From NCBI GenBank assembly GCA_031372065.1, contig JANMKN010000028.1, positions 1-17,748 on the forward strand: a stretch of DNA of 17,748 nucleotides, read 5' to 3'. The position numbers and the translations under genes are program-made. Shown in pieces: positions 1 to 8,786 of this stretch. Positions within the stretch are counted from its first letter, which is position 1. Each line of letters opens with the position of its first letter. Source of the DNA: Abditibacteriaceae bacterium. GTDB lineage: Bacteria > Armatimonadota > Abditibacteriia > Abditibacteriales > Abditibacteriaceae. The notes beneath the pieces were generated by a model. It was not told the origin of the DNA. It saw only the letters and a program-made list of their open reading frames with translations, and ran no database searches.

Positions 1-47
1 TGGCTTAACACCGCCAAAACGTCCGAGAGTTGCGATACTGAAAACAG

Positions 48-108
48 AGAAAAAGCTCCTTTGTTGCTTTTGTTTGCAACCCAAAGTCTGACAAAGTGAG
101 CTTTTTCT
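48..108. terminator. Imperfect long inverted repeat, possible bidirectional terminator
   Basis: AGAAAAAGCTC-CTTTGT (48-64) pairs with ACAAAG-T-GAGCTTTTTCT (91-108) with one bulge. T-tracts follow on both strands. The loop is large, so terminator function is uncertain. Confidence 0.4.
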
Positions 109-134
109 TTTCCTAAATCTCCTTAGCTTGATGG

Positions 135-225
135 CTATGGGGCGGGGTCTCCCCGCCCCATTCCACGTCCCATTCCCTGCCTCAAACGGCATATTATGAT
201 TTGGGCGGGGAGACCCCGCCCCTAC
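135..225. repeat. Inverted REP doublet (REPIN-like), GTAG-class REP GTAGGGGCGGGGTCTCCCCGCCC
   Basis: Copy 1 on + is TGGGGCGGGG-TCT-CCCCGCCCCA (138-160, perfect 10-bp stem) with a degenerate leader CTATG. Copy 2 on - (225-203) reads GTAG-GGGCGGGG-TCT-CCCCGCCC. The copies are about 42 nt apart in inverted orientation. GTAG + GC hairpin is the established RAYT/TnpA-REP REP architecture. Confidence 0.8.
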
Positions 226-1566
226 GGTTTCGCCGTCCGCGCGCCATGAGTGAAAGGTTCCGGCGATGCGCTCCACAATATCGGCGTTATCGAAAACGCG
301 ATGCACGCGGGTTTCGAGGCGTCCTAATTTGCGCGCATCAATAAACAGCACTTCGCCTTTGCAATCGCGCCCGCCACGCGCCGATTTATCGCGCGCTAAA
401 AACCACAGGCAGGCGGGAATTTGCGTGTTGAGAAACAATTGTGGCGGCAAAGCAACCATGCACTCGACCACATCCGATTCGACCATCTTACGGCGAATCA
501 CGCCTTCGTTGTTTTACGTGGACGACATCGAACCATTGGCCAGCACCACACCGGCGCGGCCCTGCGGCGCCAGGTGATGCAAAATGTGCTGCAACCACGC
601 ATAGTTGGCGTTGCCCTGCGAGGGCGTGCCATACAGCCAGCGCACGTTGCTTTCGAGTTTTGGATGCCACCAATCGGAATCGTTAAAGGGCGGATTCGCC
701 AACACGAAATCGGCTTTCAAATCGGGATGTTGATCGTTGGTAAAGCTGTTGGCGGCTTCGCGTCCCAAATCGAAATCCATGCCGCGAATGGCAAGGTTCA
801 TGGCGGCGAGTCGCCACGTTGTCGGGTTGCTTTCCTGTCCGTAAATCGAAATGTCTCCAAAGCGCCCTTCGTGACTTTCGACGAACTTTTCCGATTGCAC
901 AAACATTCCGCCCGAACCACAGCACGGGTCGTAAACGCGGCCTTTATGTGGCGCCAAAATCTCCACCAGCACACGCACGACGGAAGCGGGCGTATAAAAC
1001 TGGCCGCCTTTTTTGCCTTCGGCGCTGGCAAATTCACCGAGAAAATACTCGTAAATCTCGCCCAACACATCGCGGGCGACGGCGCCCGGTTCGTTGAATC
1101 CGATTTCCGAAATCAGATTGACCAGTTCGCCCAGTCGCCCCACTTCAAAGGGGGTGCGAGCGAATCTCTTGTCGAGTAGCCCTTTTAATTTCGGGTTGTC
1201 GGCTTCGGTAGCCTCCAACGCACGGTCAATAATGACACCCAATTCGGGCTGTGTCGCCTGATTCTGAATACTCGACCATCGCGCCGTTTCCGGCACCCAA
1301 AAAACGTTTTTCTCGGCGTAGTAGTCGCGGTCTTCGAGTTCTTGTTCCAAGCGTCCCGGTTCGTTCAACAAGTCGCCGAGATAATCCATACCTTCGGGAG
1401 CTGTGAAGCGTTTTTTTAGTTCGGCGCGCTGTGCCTCGAACGAATCGGAGATGTATTTCAGGAAAATCAGGCCGAGAACGATGTGCTTGTATTCCGCCGC
1501 GTCCATATTCGAGCGCAACTTGTCAGCCATCGCCCAGAGAGTGCGTTTTTGAAGAGTGTTAAGCAT
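226..1566 (-). pseudogene. hsdM: Type I restriction-modification methyltransferase subunit HsdM (m6A), disrupted
   Basis: N-terminal [46 protein letters not shown] (SAM binding) and NPPF (catalytic). In-frame TAA at 514-516. The same frame then continues with HsdM-like sequence (NNEGVIRRKMVESDVVECMVALPPQLFLNTQIPACLWFLARDK...GEVLFIDARKLG...IAGTFHSWRADGET) to 226, where the REP begins. Start placed at ATG 1566 ([11 protein letters not shown]). Confidence 0.92.
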
Positions 1567-1611
1567 AGAGAATCTTTTGTTGGCTTTCACCTGAAAGACT
1601 AAGTTTGGCTT

Positions 1612-1620
1612 ATTCTACCA
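1612..1620 (-). promoter_or_regulatory. Possible extended -10 promoter element for hsdM
   Basis: TGG-TAGAAT (TGnTAnnnT) about 45 nt upstream of the ATG at 1566. No good -35. Confidence 0.3.
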
Positions 1621-1691
1621 ATTGCACCTAAAAGCGACTATACGCCCTCGACAAAATGCGCTTTAATTGTGATACTTTTTCTTGCCGTTAA

Positions 1692-1910
1692 ATTGACATA
1701 CGCAAAGCCCAAACCGAAGATTTGCCTGCCCGTTTTCGCGTGGTGGCTGGCCTACTGGAAGATATAGACGACCTAATTGTGGGCTTGCGCGGCCAAAGCG
1801 CGGCGCACGATCTTTTTGTCGCCGCCTATTTCAACGCCCGTCGCATTGGCGGACACGGCACGCCGACCGAGCAAACGACAACGCAGACAACGACACCCGC
1901 CACAGGATAA
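1692..1910 (+). pseudogene. C-terminal remnant of an alpha-helical hypothetical protein
   Basis: Frame open from 1692 (after TAA at 1689-1691): IDIRKAQTEDLPARFRVVAGLLEDIDDLIVGLRGQSAAHDLFVAAYFNARRIGGHG plus a Thr/Pro tail. It is amphipathic and protein-like, has no convincing start or RBS, and stops just before the terminator at 1920. Confidence 0.5.
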
Positions 1911-1919
1911 CGAAATAGC

Positions 1920-1960
1920 AAAAAAGGGCCATCGCGCAATTTACGCGACGGCCCTTTTTT
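1920..1960. terminator. Bidirectional intrinsic terminator
   Basis: AAAAAAGGGCCATCGCG-CAATTTA-CGCGACGGCCCTTTTTT. The single mismatch is a G-U pair on the minus strand. It lies between convergent stops at 1910 and 1970. Confidence 0.85.
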
Positions 1961-1969
1961 GTTGCTGTT

Positions 1970-4900
1970 TTACGGAGTCGGCAGGGTCGTGCGCCACTGA
2001 TCTTTGTAAAGGCCGATTTCGTCCACGGGAATCGGGCGAAAGCCGACGCTGTTGAAAAGCGGCGCGTCGGGTTTGAGACGGAAGGTTTCGGTGAAGCCGG
2101 GATTGTCGGTAAAGACGCCGTTGGCGAGCAGATCAAGCGTCTCGCGGTTGCCGCGAATATCAGTGCCACATTTGTAAAAAATGTTGCGCCAGACCGAATT
2201 GAAAGCCGGTTCTTCCATCATGGTGGCGATTTTCGGATAGCGCTTTAAATAAAGGTCGCTGGTGATAGTCGCAGCCGATTTTTGGCCGTCGCGTAAGCCT
2301 TTCCACACACCGTTTTGGGGATAATAGCCGCCGCTGATGCCTTGTTTGCACTCGACAAACAGGTTGTTGTCCATGATGTTATCGCGGCCCGAATTCATCT
2401 GCACACCGCCGAAATTGCCGTTGGCGGCGCGCTGGAAAATGTTGCCGTAAACCAGCATCCCGCTAATGGCATCGTCGAAGCGAATACCCGCCTGACCATG
2501 CACCATTTGGTTGCCCGCCGGAATGCCAATGTCGCGAAACCAGTTGTGCTTGAAAACCACGCCGCGATATGTCGGGTTGGCGAACAATTCCATCGCGCCT
2601 TGATCGTCCGATTCCAAAACCGCGTCATGCACTTCGTTGTATTCGATTAAATGGTCGTTGCCTTCAATGCGCATCACGCTGCTGGGACAGTTATAAAACA
2701 GGTTGTGCGTCACGCGGTTGCCGACGCCTTCGAGTTGCACGCCGGGTGTGTAAGTGCGGTCAATGCGCCCGAAATTGTGAATGCGACAGTTGGCGACAAC
2801 GTGTCCGCCGGGCGTCAGCGTTTCGCGATCACCGCCAATCACTTCCGTGGCACGGCGCCCGATAGTGTGAATATCGCAACTGAGCAAAGTATCCCGAAAA
2901 CCGCCCAAAATGCTGATGCCATTGCCCGCCATGCGCTTCACGGTGCAACCGGCCAGCGTCACATCTTTGCAATCGTTCAATACAATGCCGTCGCCGCGCG
3001 CCAAGTCGAAAACAATGCCTTCAAAGCGCACGCTGGCAAGGTTCGTTGCCGCAATCATCGGCTGCGAGAGCATCGAAAGCTCGACGGTGGCCTTCGCCAA
3101 ATCGGTCGGCGGATAGTCGGTTGTATGTTGAGTTGGGGAGAAGTAATCTCGCGAGGCTTTGCCCAAATCGAGCGGCGGATACAGGTAGAGAATTCCCGTC
3201 TCGCGGTCGAGATACCATTCGCCGGGCCGGTCAATTTCTTCGAGCAGGTTGAAGGCGTAGTAAACGATGCCCTGCTCCATGTTCATGCCGCCGCCGCCGT
3301 AATTGTAGGCTTCGGCGGTGGTGATGGTTTTGGCCGCCGTGTCAATCTTGCCGATCTTTGCGGTCGCATCAGCCCACAGCCAGTGAAAATAGCCGAACAG
3401 CCAGCCGTCATTGGCTTTTGTCCAGCGCGTCGGACGCTCATCATCGTAGCCGAGAACCGACGGCTTGCCCGCGTTTTTATCGCCCGCTTCGACGAGTTTG
3501 GTGGCTTTCACAAAGCCTTTGTTGGGCCAACGCGCCAATGTTTGCGGTTCGCCGTTGACGTAAAGCTCCAGCGTCGGCGGCGAAGGCGGCTGACCAAAGC
3601 CGCGCACTGCCAGCGCGCCATAATCGGTGATGCCGCGCGCTTTTAAATCGAGTTGCACAACTTTGCCGCGCGATTCGGCGGGCAAGCGTTCGAGAATTTT
3701 CGCGTCCGGGACGGGTGCAAAACCCGACAAGCGCACGCCACCATAAAGCACTGCCGTGCCGGGTTTTGCAGCGCGGTAAACGACAGGGGAACCGAGCGTG
3801 CCGCTGTCTTTGTCATCAAGTGTCAGCGTCTGCGCGACTTTATATTCGCCGGGCGCCAGAACGATTTCAATTCCCGCTTTGCCACGCGCCCTATCACGCG
3901 CTTTTTGTAGCGAAGCCAGCGGCTTGTTTTCACTGCCATCGTTTGTATCTTTGCCATTGGGAGCCACGAAGATAAAGCCCTTTTCCCTGTCCTGATCCTC
4001 AAAGGGCAAATACACCTGCGTAGCTTTCGCATCGCGCGGTGGCAAACCTTTAGCGATGCGCTCCAATTCATTCACCAATTCCTTCGCTTCGGCGCGATGC
4101 ACTTGCGGATAATCAGCATTAGCGGCAATTTTTTGATATTCAGTTTTGGCTTGCGCCGTTTTACCTTCGGCGACGTAGCTTTGTGCGGTTCGCAAATGTG
4201 CGTAGCTGCGATAATGCGACGGCGCTTGCGGGTTGGCGGTGATGGCCGCTAAATCTTTGCGCGCCACGCCGAAATCTTTTTTGCGCCACGCGGCATTGGC
4301 GGAGACAAAACCACCTTGAATCGCTTCCATTTCATCGGCGGCTTTTTCGGCGGAGGTCGGCACAACATTGAAGGTGGTTTTCATCGGCTCGAAAATGGCT
4401 TTGATCTCCTCTTTGGGCAAAGCGCGATTATAAAGGCGCACTTCATCAGCGGCGCCCCAGTAGTTTTGGAAACCATTGCCGAGGGTAAATTCTCCGCTGA
4501 CACCCAAATCAGCATCAAATTCCGGCGGCAATTTTTGTTCGCCGCGCGCTCGCCCGTTGATATAAAGAGTAACCACGCCGCTTTTGCGATCACAAACGAT
4601 GGCAAAGTGCGCCCATTGATTGAGCGTTAGCGCGGTGGAAGCGGTAGCGCCTGCGGAAATGCTTTTCTCGCCGGTTTTATAAACCGAATACAGCGAAACC
4701 GCGCCGGTGCTGAAAATATCCACGCAGAAAAACGCTTGCGGATAGGCGCCATAAGCAAACAACCGCCGCTGGTTTTGCGCGCTCTCATAAGTGAACTGCT
4801 GCGGTTTCACCCACGCCATCACGCTCCACGAATCTTTGCCCAAACGCTGACCTTCGGGCAGTTGGGCGCTGACAACGGTCGCAGGCGTGCCATCCAACAG

Positions 4901-5089
4901 CGCCGCGCCGCCCGCAGGCGAAGCGCCCCATGAGGCTTTCATGGCGCCGTTGCTTCCCAAGCCGGAAAAGTCTTTGACGACAGTGCCCTGCCCTTCATCA
5001 AACGTCCAATGCAACAGCAAACCATCATCGGCAGCGCGCGAAAAAGCAGTGCAAAACAGCAAAAAGGCAACAGTAAAAAATCGGGTCAT
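1970..5089 (-). CDS. Secreted LamG/ConA-like domain + TPR-like linker + right-handed parallel beta-helix protein (GH141-like putative glycosidase/lyase)
   Basis: 1039 aa. Signal peptide MTRFFTVAFLLFCTAFSRA. LamG motifs: LHWTFDEGQG, WSVMAWVKP, WAHFAIV, LYINGR, DEVRLYNRAL. Beta-helix family motifs: FVAPNGKDTNDGS, LYVNGEPQTLARWPN, NLLEEIDRPGEWYLD, GNDHLIEYNEVH, DDQGAME. AAGGA RBS upstream. Confidence 0.85.
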   Translation of the reverse strand: MTRFFTVAFLLFCTAFSRAADDGLLLHWTFDEGQGTVVKDFSGLGSNGAMKASWGASPAGGAALLDGTPATVVSAQLPEGQRLGKDSWSVMAWVKPQQFTYESAQNQRRLFAYGAYPQAFFCVDIFSTGAVSLYSVYKTGEKSISAGATASTALTLNQWAHFAIVCDRKSGVVTLYINGRARGEQKLPPEFDADLGVSGEFTLGNGFQNYWGAADEVRLYNRALPKEEIKAIFEPMKTTFNVVPTSAEKAADEMEAIQGGFVSANAAWRKKDFGVARKDLAAITANPQAPSHYRSYAHLRTAQSYVAEGKTAQAKTEYQKIAANADYPQVHRAEAKELVNELERIAKGLPPRDAKATQVYLPFEDQDREKGFIFVAPNGKDTNDGSENKPLASLQKARDRARGKAGIEIVLAPGEYKVAQTLTLDDKDSGTLGSPVVYRAAKPGTAVLYGGVRLSGFAPVPDAKILERLPAESRGKVVQLDLKARGITDYGALAVRGFGQPPSPPTLELYVNGEPQTLARWPNKGFVKATKLVEAGDKNAGKPSVLGYDDERPTRWTKANDGWLFGYFHWLWADATAKIGKIDTAAKTITTAEAYNYGGGGMNMEQGIVYYAFNLLEEIDRPGEWYLDRETGILYLYPPLDLGKASRDYFSPTQHTTDYPPTDLAKATVELSMLSQPMIAATNLASVRFEGIVFDLARGDGIVLNDCKDVTLAGCTVKRMAGNGISILGGFRDTLLSCDIHTIGRRATEVIGGDRETLTPGGHVVANCRIHNFGRIDRTYTPGVQLEGVGNRVTHNLFYNCPSSVMRIEGNDHLIEYNEVHDAVLESDDQGAMELFANPTYRGVVFKHNWFRDIGIPAGNQMVHGQAGIRFDDAISGMLVYGNIFQRAANGNFGGVQMNSGRDNIMDNNLFVECKQGISGGYYPQNGVWKGLRDGQKSAATITSDLYLKRYPKIATMMEEPAFNSVWRNIFYKCGTDIRGNRETLDLLANGVFTDNPGFTETFRLKPDAPLFNSVGFRPIPVDEIGLYKDQWRTTLPTP
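3089..3181. repeat. Degenerate 27-bp direct repeat inside the beta-helix gene (YPPLDLGKA / YPPTDLAKA)
   Basis: 3089-3115 and 3155-3181 match at 22/27 nt with a 66-nt period. Confidence 0.7.
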
Positions 5090-5110
5090 GGCATCCTTGG
5101 ACAGTTCGAC

Positions 5111-5851
5111 CTACGCTATTGTCACAGCGCGAATGGCAGCGGCGCAATTGAGCAAAGCAGGCAACGGATTTTCGGGTTCGGCTTCATATTCCAGCGTGCA
5201 GGAGCCAGTAAAATTCGCTTCTTCGACGGCGCGCACAAATTCCGGCAGATTCAAGCCGCCGGTGCCGATAATCACGTCTTCCGGCTTGCCAACGCGGTCG
5301 AAAACGAAGTCCTTCAAATGAATGCCGTAAAGTCGCTCGCCAAAGCGCCGCGCCATTTTGACGGGGTCTTCACCCGCCGATAGTGCCCACGCCGTATCGA
5401 GAAAAAGTCCAAGGCGCGGGCCGCTGTTTTCAAAAACGTGCGCCAGCATTTCGGAGTTACCCAGCCAATGATAGCCACCGTGATTGTGAATGCCGCAAAG
5501 CACATCGTATTCTTCCGCGAGATTTTGCGCTAATTTGCTGGCGACGGCAAAAGTGGCAGGCTTGAAATTCACTGCCAAAATCTTGGTGCCCGCCTTGCGC
5601 GCGAACTCGAATGGGTTACGATCCGCTTTTTCGTCGCCGGTCAGTTGCACCACGCCGATGTTGGAAATGGCAAGCCCGGCGTCGCGGTAAAGCGCAATCA
5701 ACGCCGCGAAGTTTTGCGCTTCTCCAAAACGGCCATGCACATTGGAAAGGCTCACGTTATCCACGCCAAGTTTTTTGGCGCAGACGATGAATTCTTCGTT
5801 GGAAAAGTTGCGGAAGCAATACGAGTGAATGCCAAATGTCTGATGAATCAT
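5111..5851 (-). CDS. Sugar phosphate isomerase/epimerase family (AP endonuclease 2 / xylose-isomerase-like TIM barrel)
   Basis: Motifs GIHSYCFR, GIHNHGG, FLDTAW, IHLKD, TLEYE. Start moved to ATG 5851, preceded by GGAG (246 aa). Confidence 0.88.
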   Translation of the reverse strand: MIHQTFGIHSYCFRNFSNEEFIVCAKKLGVDNVSLSNVHGRFGEAQNFAALIALYRDAGLAISNIGVVQLTGDEKADRNPFEFARKAGTKILAVNFKPATFAVASKLAQNLAEEYDVLCGIHNHGGYHWLGNSEMLAHVFENSGPRLGLFLDTAWALSAGEDPVKMARRFGERLYGIHLKDFVFDRVGKPEDVIIGTGGLNLPEFVRAVEEANFTGSCTLEYEAEPENPLPALLNCAAAIRAVTIA

Positions 5852-5879
5852 AATGAAACTCCATTGTTGTGTGCGCCAC

Positions 5880-6086
5880 TTAAAACAATCCCAGCGGCAC
5901 CATCGGGTCATTCACAGGCCAGCCTGCTGCCTGCATTCCCCAGATTACCAGTGCGCCCTCAAAGAGCAGGCCCGCGATTAAGAGCAGCATCCAGCGATAC
6001 TCCCAAAAAACCAACCCTATTTTGCGCCCGGTGGCGCGCGGCAGAGGCAGCGGATGCGGATGCGACTGAGAAATTGCGGTCTTCAT
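5880..6086 (-). CDS. Small single-pass membrane protein (68 aa), hypothetical
   Basis: MKTAISQSHPHPLPLPRATGRKIG followed by the hydrophobic WMLLLIAGLLFEGALVIWGM. Co-directional and 28 nt upstream of the isomerase gene. Confidence 0.55.
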   Translation of the reverse strand: MKTAISQSHPHPLPLPRATGRKIGLVFWEYRWMLLLIAGLLFEGALVIWGMQAAGWPVNDPMVPLGLF

Positions 6087-6284
6087 AGGATTTCGCCTTT
6101 TTGGGCACTCAACGCGCGCTTCATTCTTGGCGTTAGCGCTCTGGCTGGAATCAAACAAATAGGTGTGGACGAGGGAAAGCTGACGTGAATTTTAGCGAAT
6201 CACCTGCGAAAAACAAAGCCCATTTCCGCGCAATTTCTTTTGTAACCGAGTGAGGTGACAAATCACTTTACATAGGCGCCAACG

Positions 6285-6378
6285 CCCTGCGACTGAAGTC
6301 GCGACTCAGGGCCTGCGGCCAAGTGTCGGCCTGCGCCGACACGATTTTAATTTAAAATGATGTCCACGGAGGTGGACA
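6285..6378. repeat. Cluster of four tandem hairpins, REP-like element
   Basis: GCGAC-TGAA-GTCGC (6289-6302, with outer CCCTG/CAGGG); GTGTCGGC-CTGC-GCCGACAC (6323-6342); ATTTTAA-T-TTAAAAT (6344-6358); TGTCCAC-GGAG-GTGGACA (6361-6378). Confidence 0.7.
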
Positions 6379-6412
6379 ATTTCCTCGCTGTATCAGATAT
6401 GCTTAATAACCT

Positions 6413-8698
6413 ATGAAATCCCCTCTCACTCTTCACAAAATCAAGACGGTTTCAGCGGTTTTGGCTTGTGCAGCCTTGCCTTTCGTGGCGCCGCAGAAGG
6501 CTTTGGCGTGGGAAACGAAAAAGGCGCCGATTATGACCAAATGGGCCGCCGATGTTGACCCCAAAAGCCCGCTGCCCGAATATCCGCGCCCGCAAATGGT
6601 GCGCGCCGATTGGATGAATTTGAACGGCATCTGGCAATACCAAAGCGGCGCCGCAAATGAGGCCGCGCCCATCGGCAAAACGCTGGCGAGCGAGATTTTA
6701 GTGCCATTTGCTGTCGAATCGGCGTTGTCGGGCGTGATGGAGCATCACGAACGCCTTTGGTATCGCCGCAGTTTCACGGTTCCGAAAGACTGGCAGGGCA
6801 AGCAATTGATGCTCAACTTCGGCGCGGTGGATTATGAAGCCGAAGTTTTCGTCAACGGCCAAAGCGTCGGCGTTCACACCGGCGGCTACGAGCAATTCAG
6901 CTACAACATCACGCCGTTTCTTAAAGGCGACGGCGCGCAGGAACTCATCGTGCGCGTGTTCGACCCCACCGAAGCGGGCGGACAGCCACGCGGCAAACAA
7001 ACGACGAAGCCCGGCGGCATTATGTATACGCCGACAACCGGCATCTGGCAGACCGTCTGGCTTGAACCCGTCGCCAAAACTTCGATTCAAAGCCTGCACA
7101 TGGTGCCCGATGTGGACAAAGGCAGTGTGCGCTTCACGGTCAACGCGACGAACGTTTCGCCTTCCACCTTCGCCGTTGTCTCCATCAAGGACGGCGCGCG
7201 TGTCGTTGCGTCCGCTCAGGCAGCGCCCGGCGTTGAGTTCGCCATTCCCATCAAGAACGCGAAGCTGTGGTCGCCGGACAGCCCGTTTCTTTACGATGTG
7301 GACGTGTCACTACGCGAGGGCAAACCGCTGGGCGATCATGTGAGCAGCTATTTCGGAATGCGCAAAATTTCGGTGGGCGCCGATAACGGCGCTACGAAAA
7401 TGTTGCTCAACAACAAGTTTGTCTTTCAGATCGGCCCGCTCGACCAAGGTTTCTGGCCCGAAGGTCTTTACACCGCGCCCACTGATGCCGCGCTGAAATA
7501 CGACATCGAAATGACCAAGCAGTTTGGCTTCAACATGACGCGCAAGCACATCAAAGTCGAACCGGCGCGCTGGTATTATTGGGCCGACAAACTCGGCCTC
7601 ATGGTGTGGCAAGATATGCCCTCGCCGAACTCGTATATCGGCAACCCGCCGCCCATTGACAAAGCGGCTTTTGAAAAGCAAATGAACCAAACCATCATGT
7701 CGCGCTGGAATTCGCCTGCCATTATAATGTGGGTGATTTTCAATGAACAACAAGCGCGTCACGACACGATTGATTTGGTGAACAAAGCCAAAGCGCTTGA
7801 CTCATCGCGTTTGGTGAACCGCGACAGCGGCGGTGGCTACGACAAAGGCGCGGAAGGCGACGCCGGCGATGTGGACGATGTGCATTCGTATCCGCCCCCG
7901 GCGGCGCCCGGCCCCAGCGCAACACAGGCGTTGGCGTGCGGCGAATATGGCGGCATCGGTTTCATCATTAAAGGCCACACTTGGAAGGCCGACGGCTGGG
8001 GCTACACTTCGGTCACCACGCCGCGCGAATTGGAAGACCTTTACGGCGAATTCACCGCCATTCTAAAGCGCCTGCGCGATGAAAAAGGCCTGAGCGCGGC
8101 GGTTTATACCGAAATTACCGATGTAGAAATCGAATCGAACGGCCTGATGACCTATGACCGCGTTATCAAATGCGATCCGGCGCAAATCGCCAAGGCGAAT
8201 CGCTTCCAATATCCGGTGCCGACCTACAAAGAAATCGTGGAGACCTCCGAAAAAGCGCCGCAAAACTGGAAATACACCTTTGCAAATCCGGGCGCCGATT
8301 GGAACCAGAAAACCTTCAACGACGGCGCTTGGAAAACTGGAGGCGGCGGTTTTGGCAACGGTAACGATCTGCCCGGCGCGCCGCGCCTCACCACGCCGTG
8401 GAACACGCCCGACATTTGGATTCGCCGCACTTTCACGCTGCCCACTCTCGGCGCCGAAGACCTCAAACAATTGATGATTCGTGACTATCACGACGAAGAC
8501 GTAGAAGTTTTCATCAACGGCGTTTTGGCCTACAAAGCGGGTGGCTACATCGGCAATTACGAATACAAACCGCTCACCGAGGAAGGCAAACGAGCGCTCG
8601 TTTTGGGCGGCGAAAACACCATGTCCGTTCACGTTCACCAAACCGGCGGCGGCCAATTCATTGACGTGGGCCTTGCGCAACGCATCCCGGCCCCGTAG
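6413..8698 (+). CDS. Secreted glycoside hydrolase family 2 with C-terminal extra beta-sandwich (sugar-binding-like) domain
   Basis: 761 aa. Signal peptide ending ALA-W. Motifs PLPEYPRPQ, NLNGIW, FGAVDY, GIWQTVWLE, GPLDQGFWP, RKHIKVEP, WVIFNE (acid/base Glu), GEYGG (nucleophile Glu). C-terminal DIWIRRTF...HDEDVEVFING...GGQFIDVGL module. Confidence 0.92.
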   Translation: MKSPLTLHKIKTVSAVLACAALPFVAPQKALAWETKKAPIMTKWAADVDPKSPLPEYPRPQMVRADWMNLNGIWQYQSGAANEAAPIGKTLASEILVPFAVESALSGVMEHHERLWYRRSFTVPKDWQGKQLMLNFGAVDYEAEVFVNGQSVGVHTGGYEQFSYNITPFLKGDGAQELIVRVFDPTEAGGQPRGKQTTKPGGIMYTPTTGIWQTVWLEPVAKTSIQSLHMVPDVDKGSVRFTVNATNVSPSTFAVVSIKDGARVVASAQAAPGVEFAIPIKNAKLWSPDSPFLYDVDVSLREGKPLGDHVSSYFGMRKISVGADNGATKMLLNNKFVFQIGPLDQGFWPEGLYTAPTDAALKYDIEMTKQFGFNMTRKHIKVEPARWYYWADKLGLMVWQDMPSPNSYIGNPPPIDKAAFEKQMNQTIMSRWNSPAIIMWVIFNEQQARHDTIDLVNKAKALDSSRLVNRDSGGGYDKGAEGDAGDVDDVHSYPPPAAPGPSATQALACGEYGGIGFIIKGHTWKADGWGYTSVTTPRELEDLYGEFTAILKRLRDEKGLSAAVYTEITDVEIESNGLMTYDRVIKCDPAQIAKANRFQYPVPTYKEIVETSEKAPQNWKYTFANPGADWNQKTFNDGAWKTGGGGFGNGNDLPGAPRLTTPWNTPDIWIRRTFTLPTLGAEDLKQLMIRDYHDEDVEVFINGVLAYKAGGYIGNYEYKPLTEEGKRALVLGGENTMSVHVHQTGGGQFIDVGLAQRIPAP

Positions 8699-8723
8699 TA
8701 ATCTGCATCTGTAAGCAACACAA

Positions 8724-8759
8724 AAAAGCGGCACGATTTTTAAAAATCGTGCCGCTTTT
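8724..8759. terminator. Bidirectional terminator (perfect 36-bp palindrome)
   Basis: AAAAGCGGCACGATTTTT|AAAAATCGTGCCGCTTTT lies between convergent stops at 8698 and 8832. Confidence 0.85.
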
Positions 8760-8786
8760 GTTGTCTACCAAGGTTTTGGCGCATAG

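Noticed and set aside
514..516. Programmed stop-codon readthrough or recoding in hsdM
   Set aside because: TAA is used as a normal stop by other genes here, and the gene also lacks its 3' end, so a pseudogene or sequence error is more parsimonious.
421..1179. 252-aa plus-strand ORF
   Set aside because: Antisense shadow of hsdM with no recognisable motifs.
1693..1721. TTGACA -35 box as a plus-strand promoter
   Set aside because: The hexamer at 17-bp spacing (GAAGAT) is a poor -10, and the site lies inside the gene remnant.
2651..3646. 331-aa plus-strand ORF, and similar antisense ORFs at 8063-8734, 9192-9866 and 16746-17297
   Set aside because: Shadows of well-supported genes on the opposite strand, common in GC-rich DNA.
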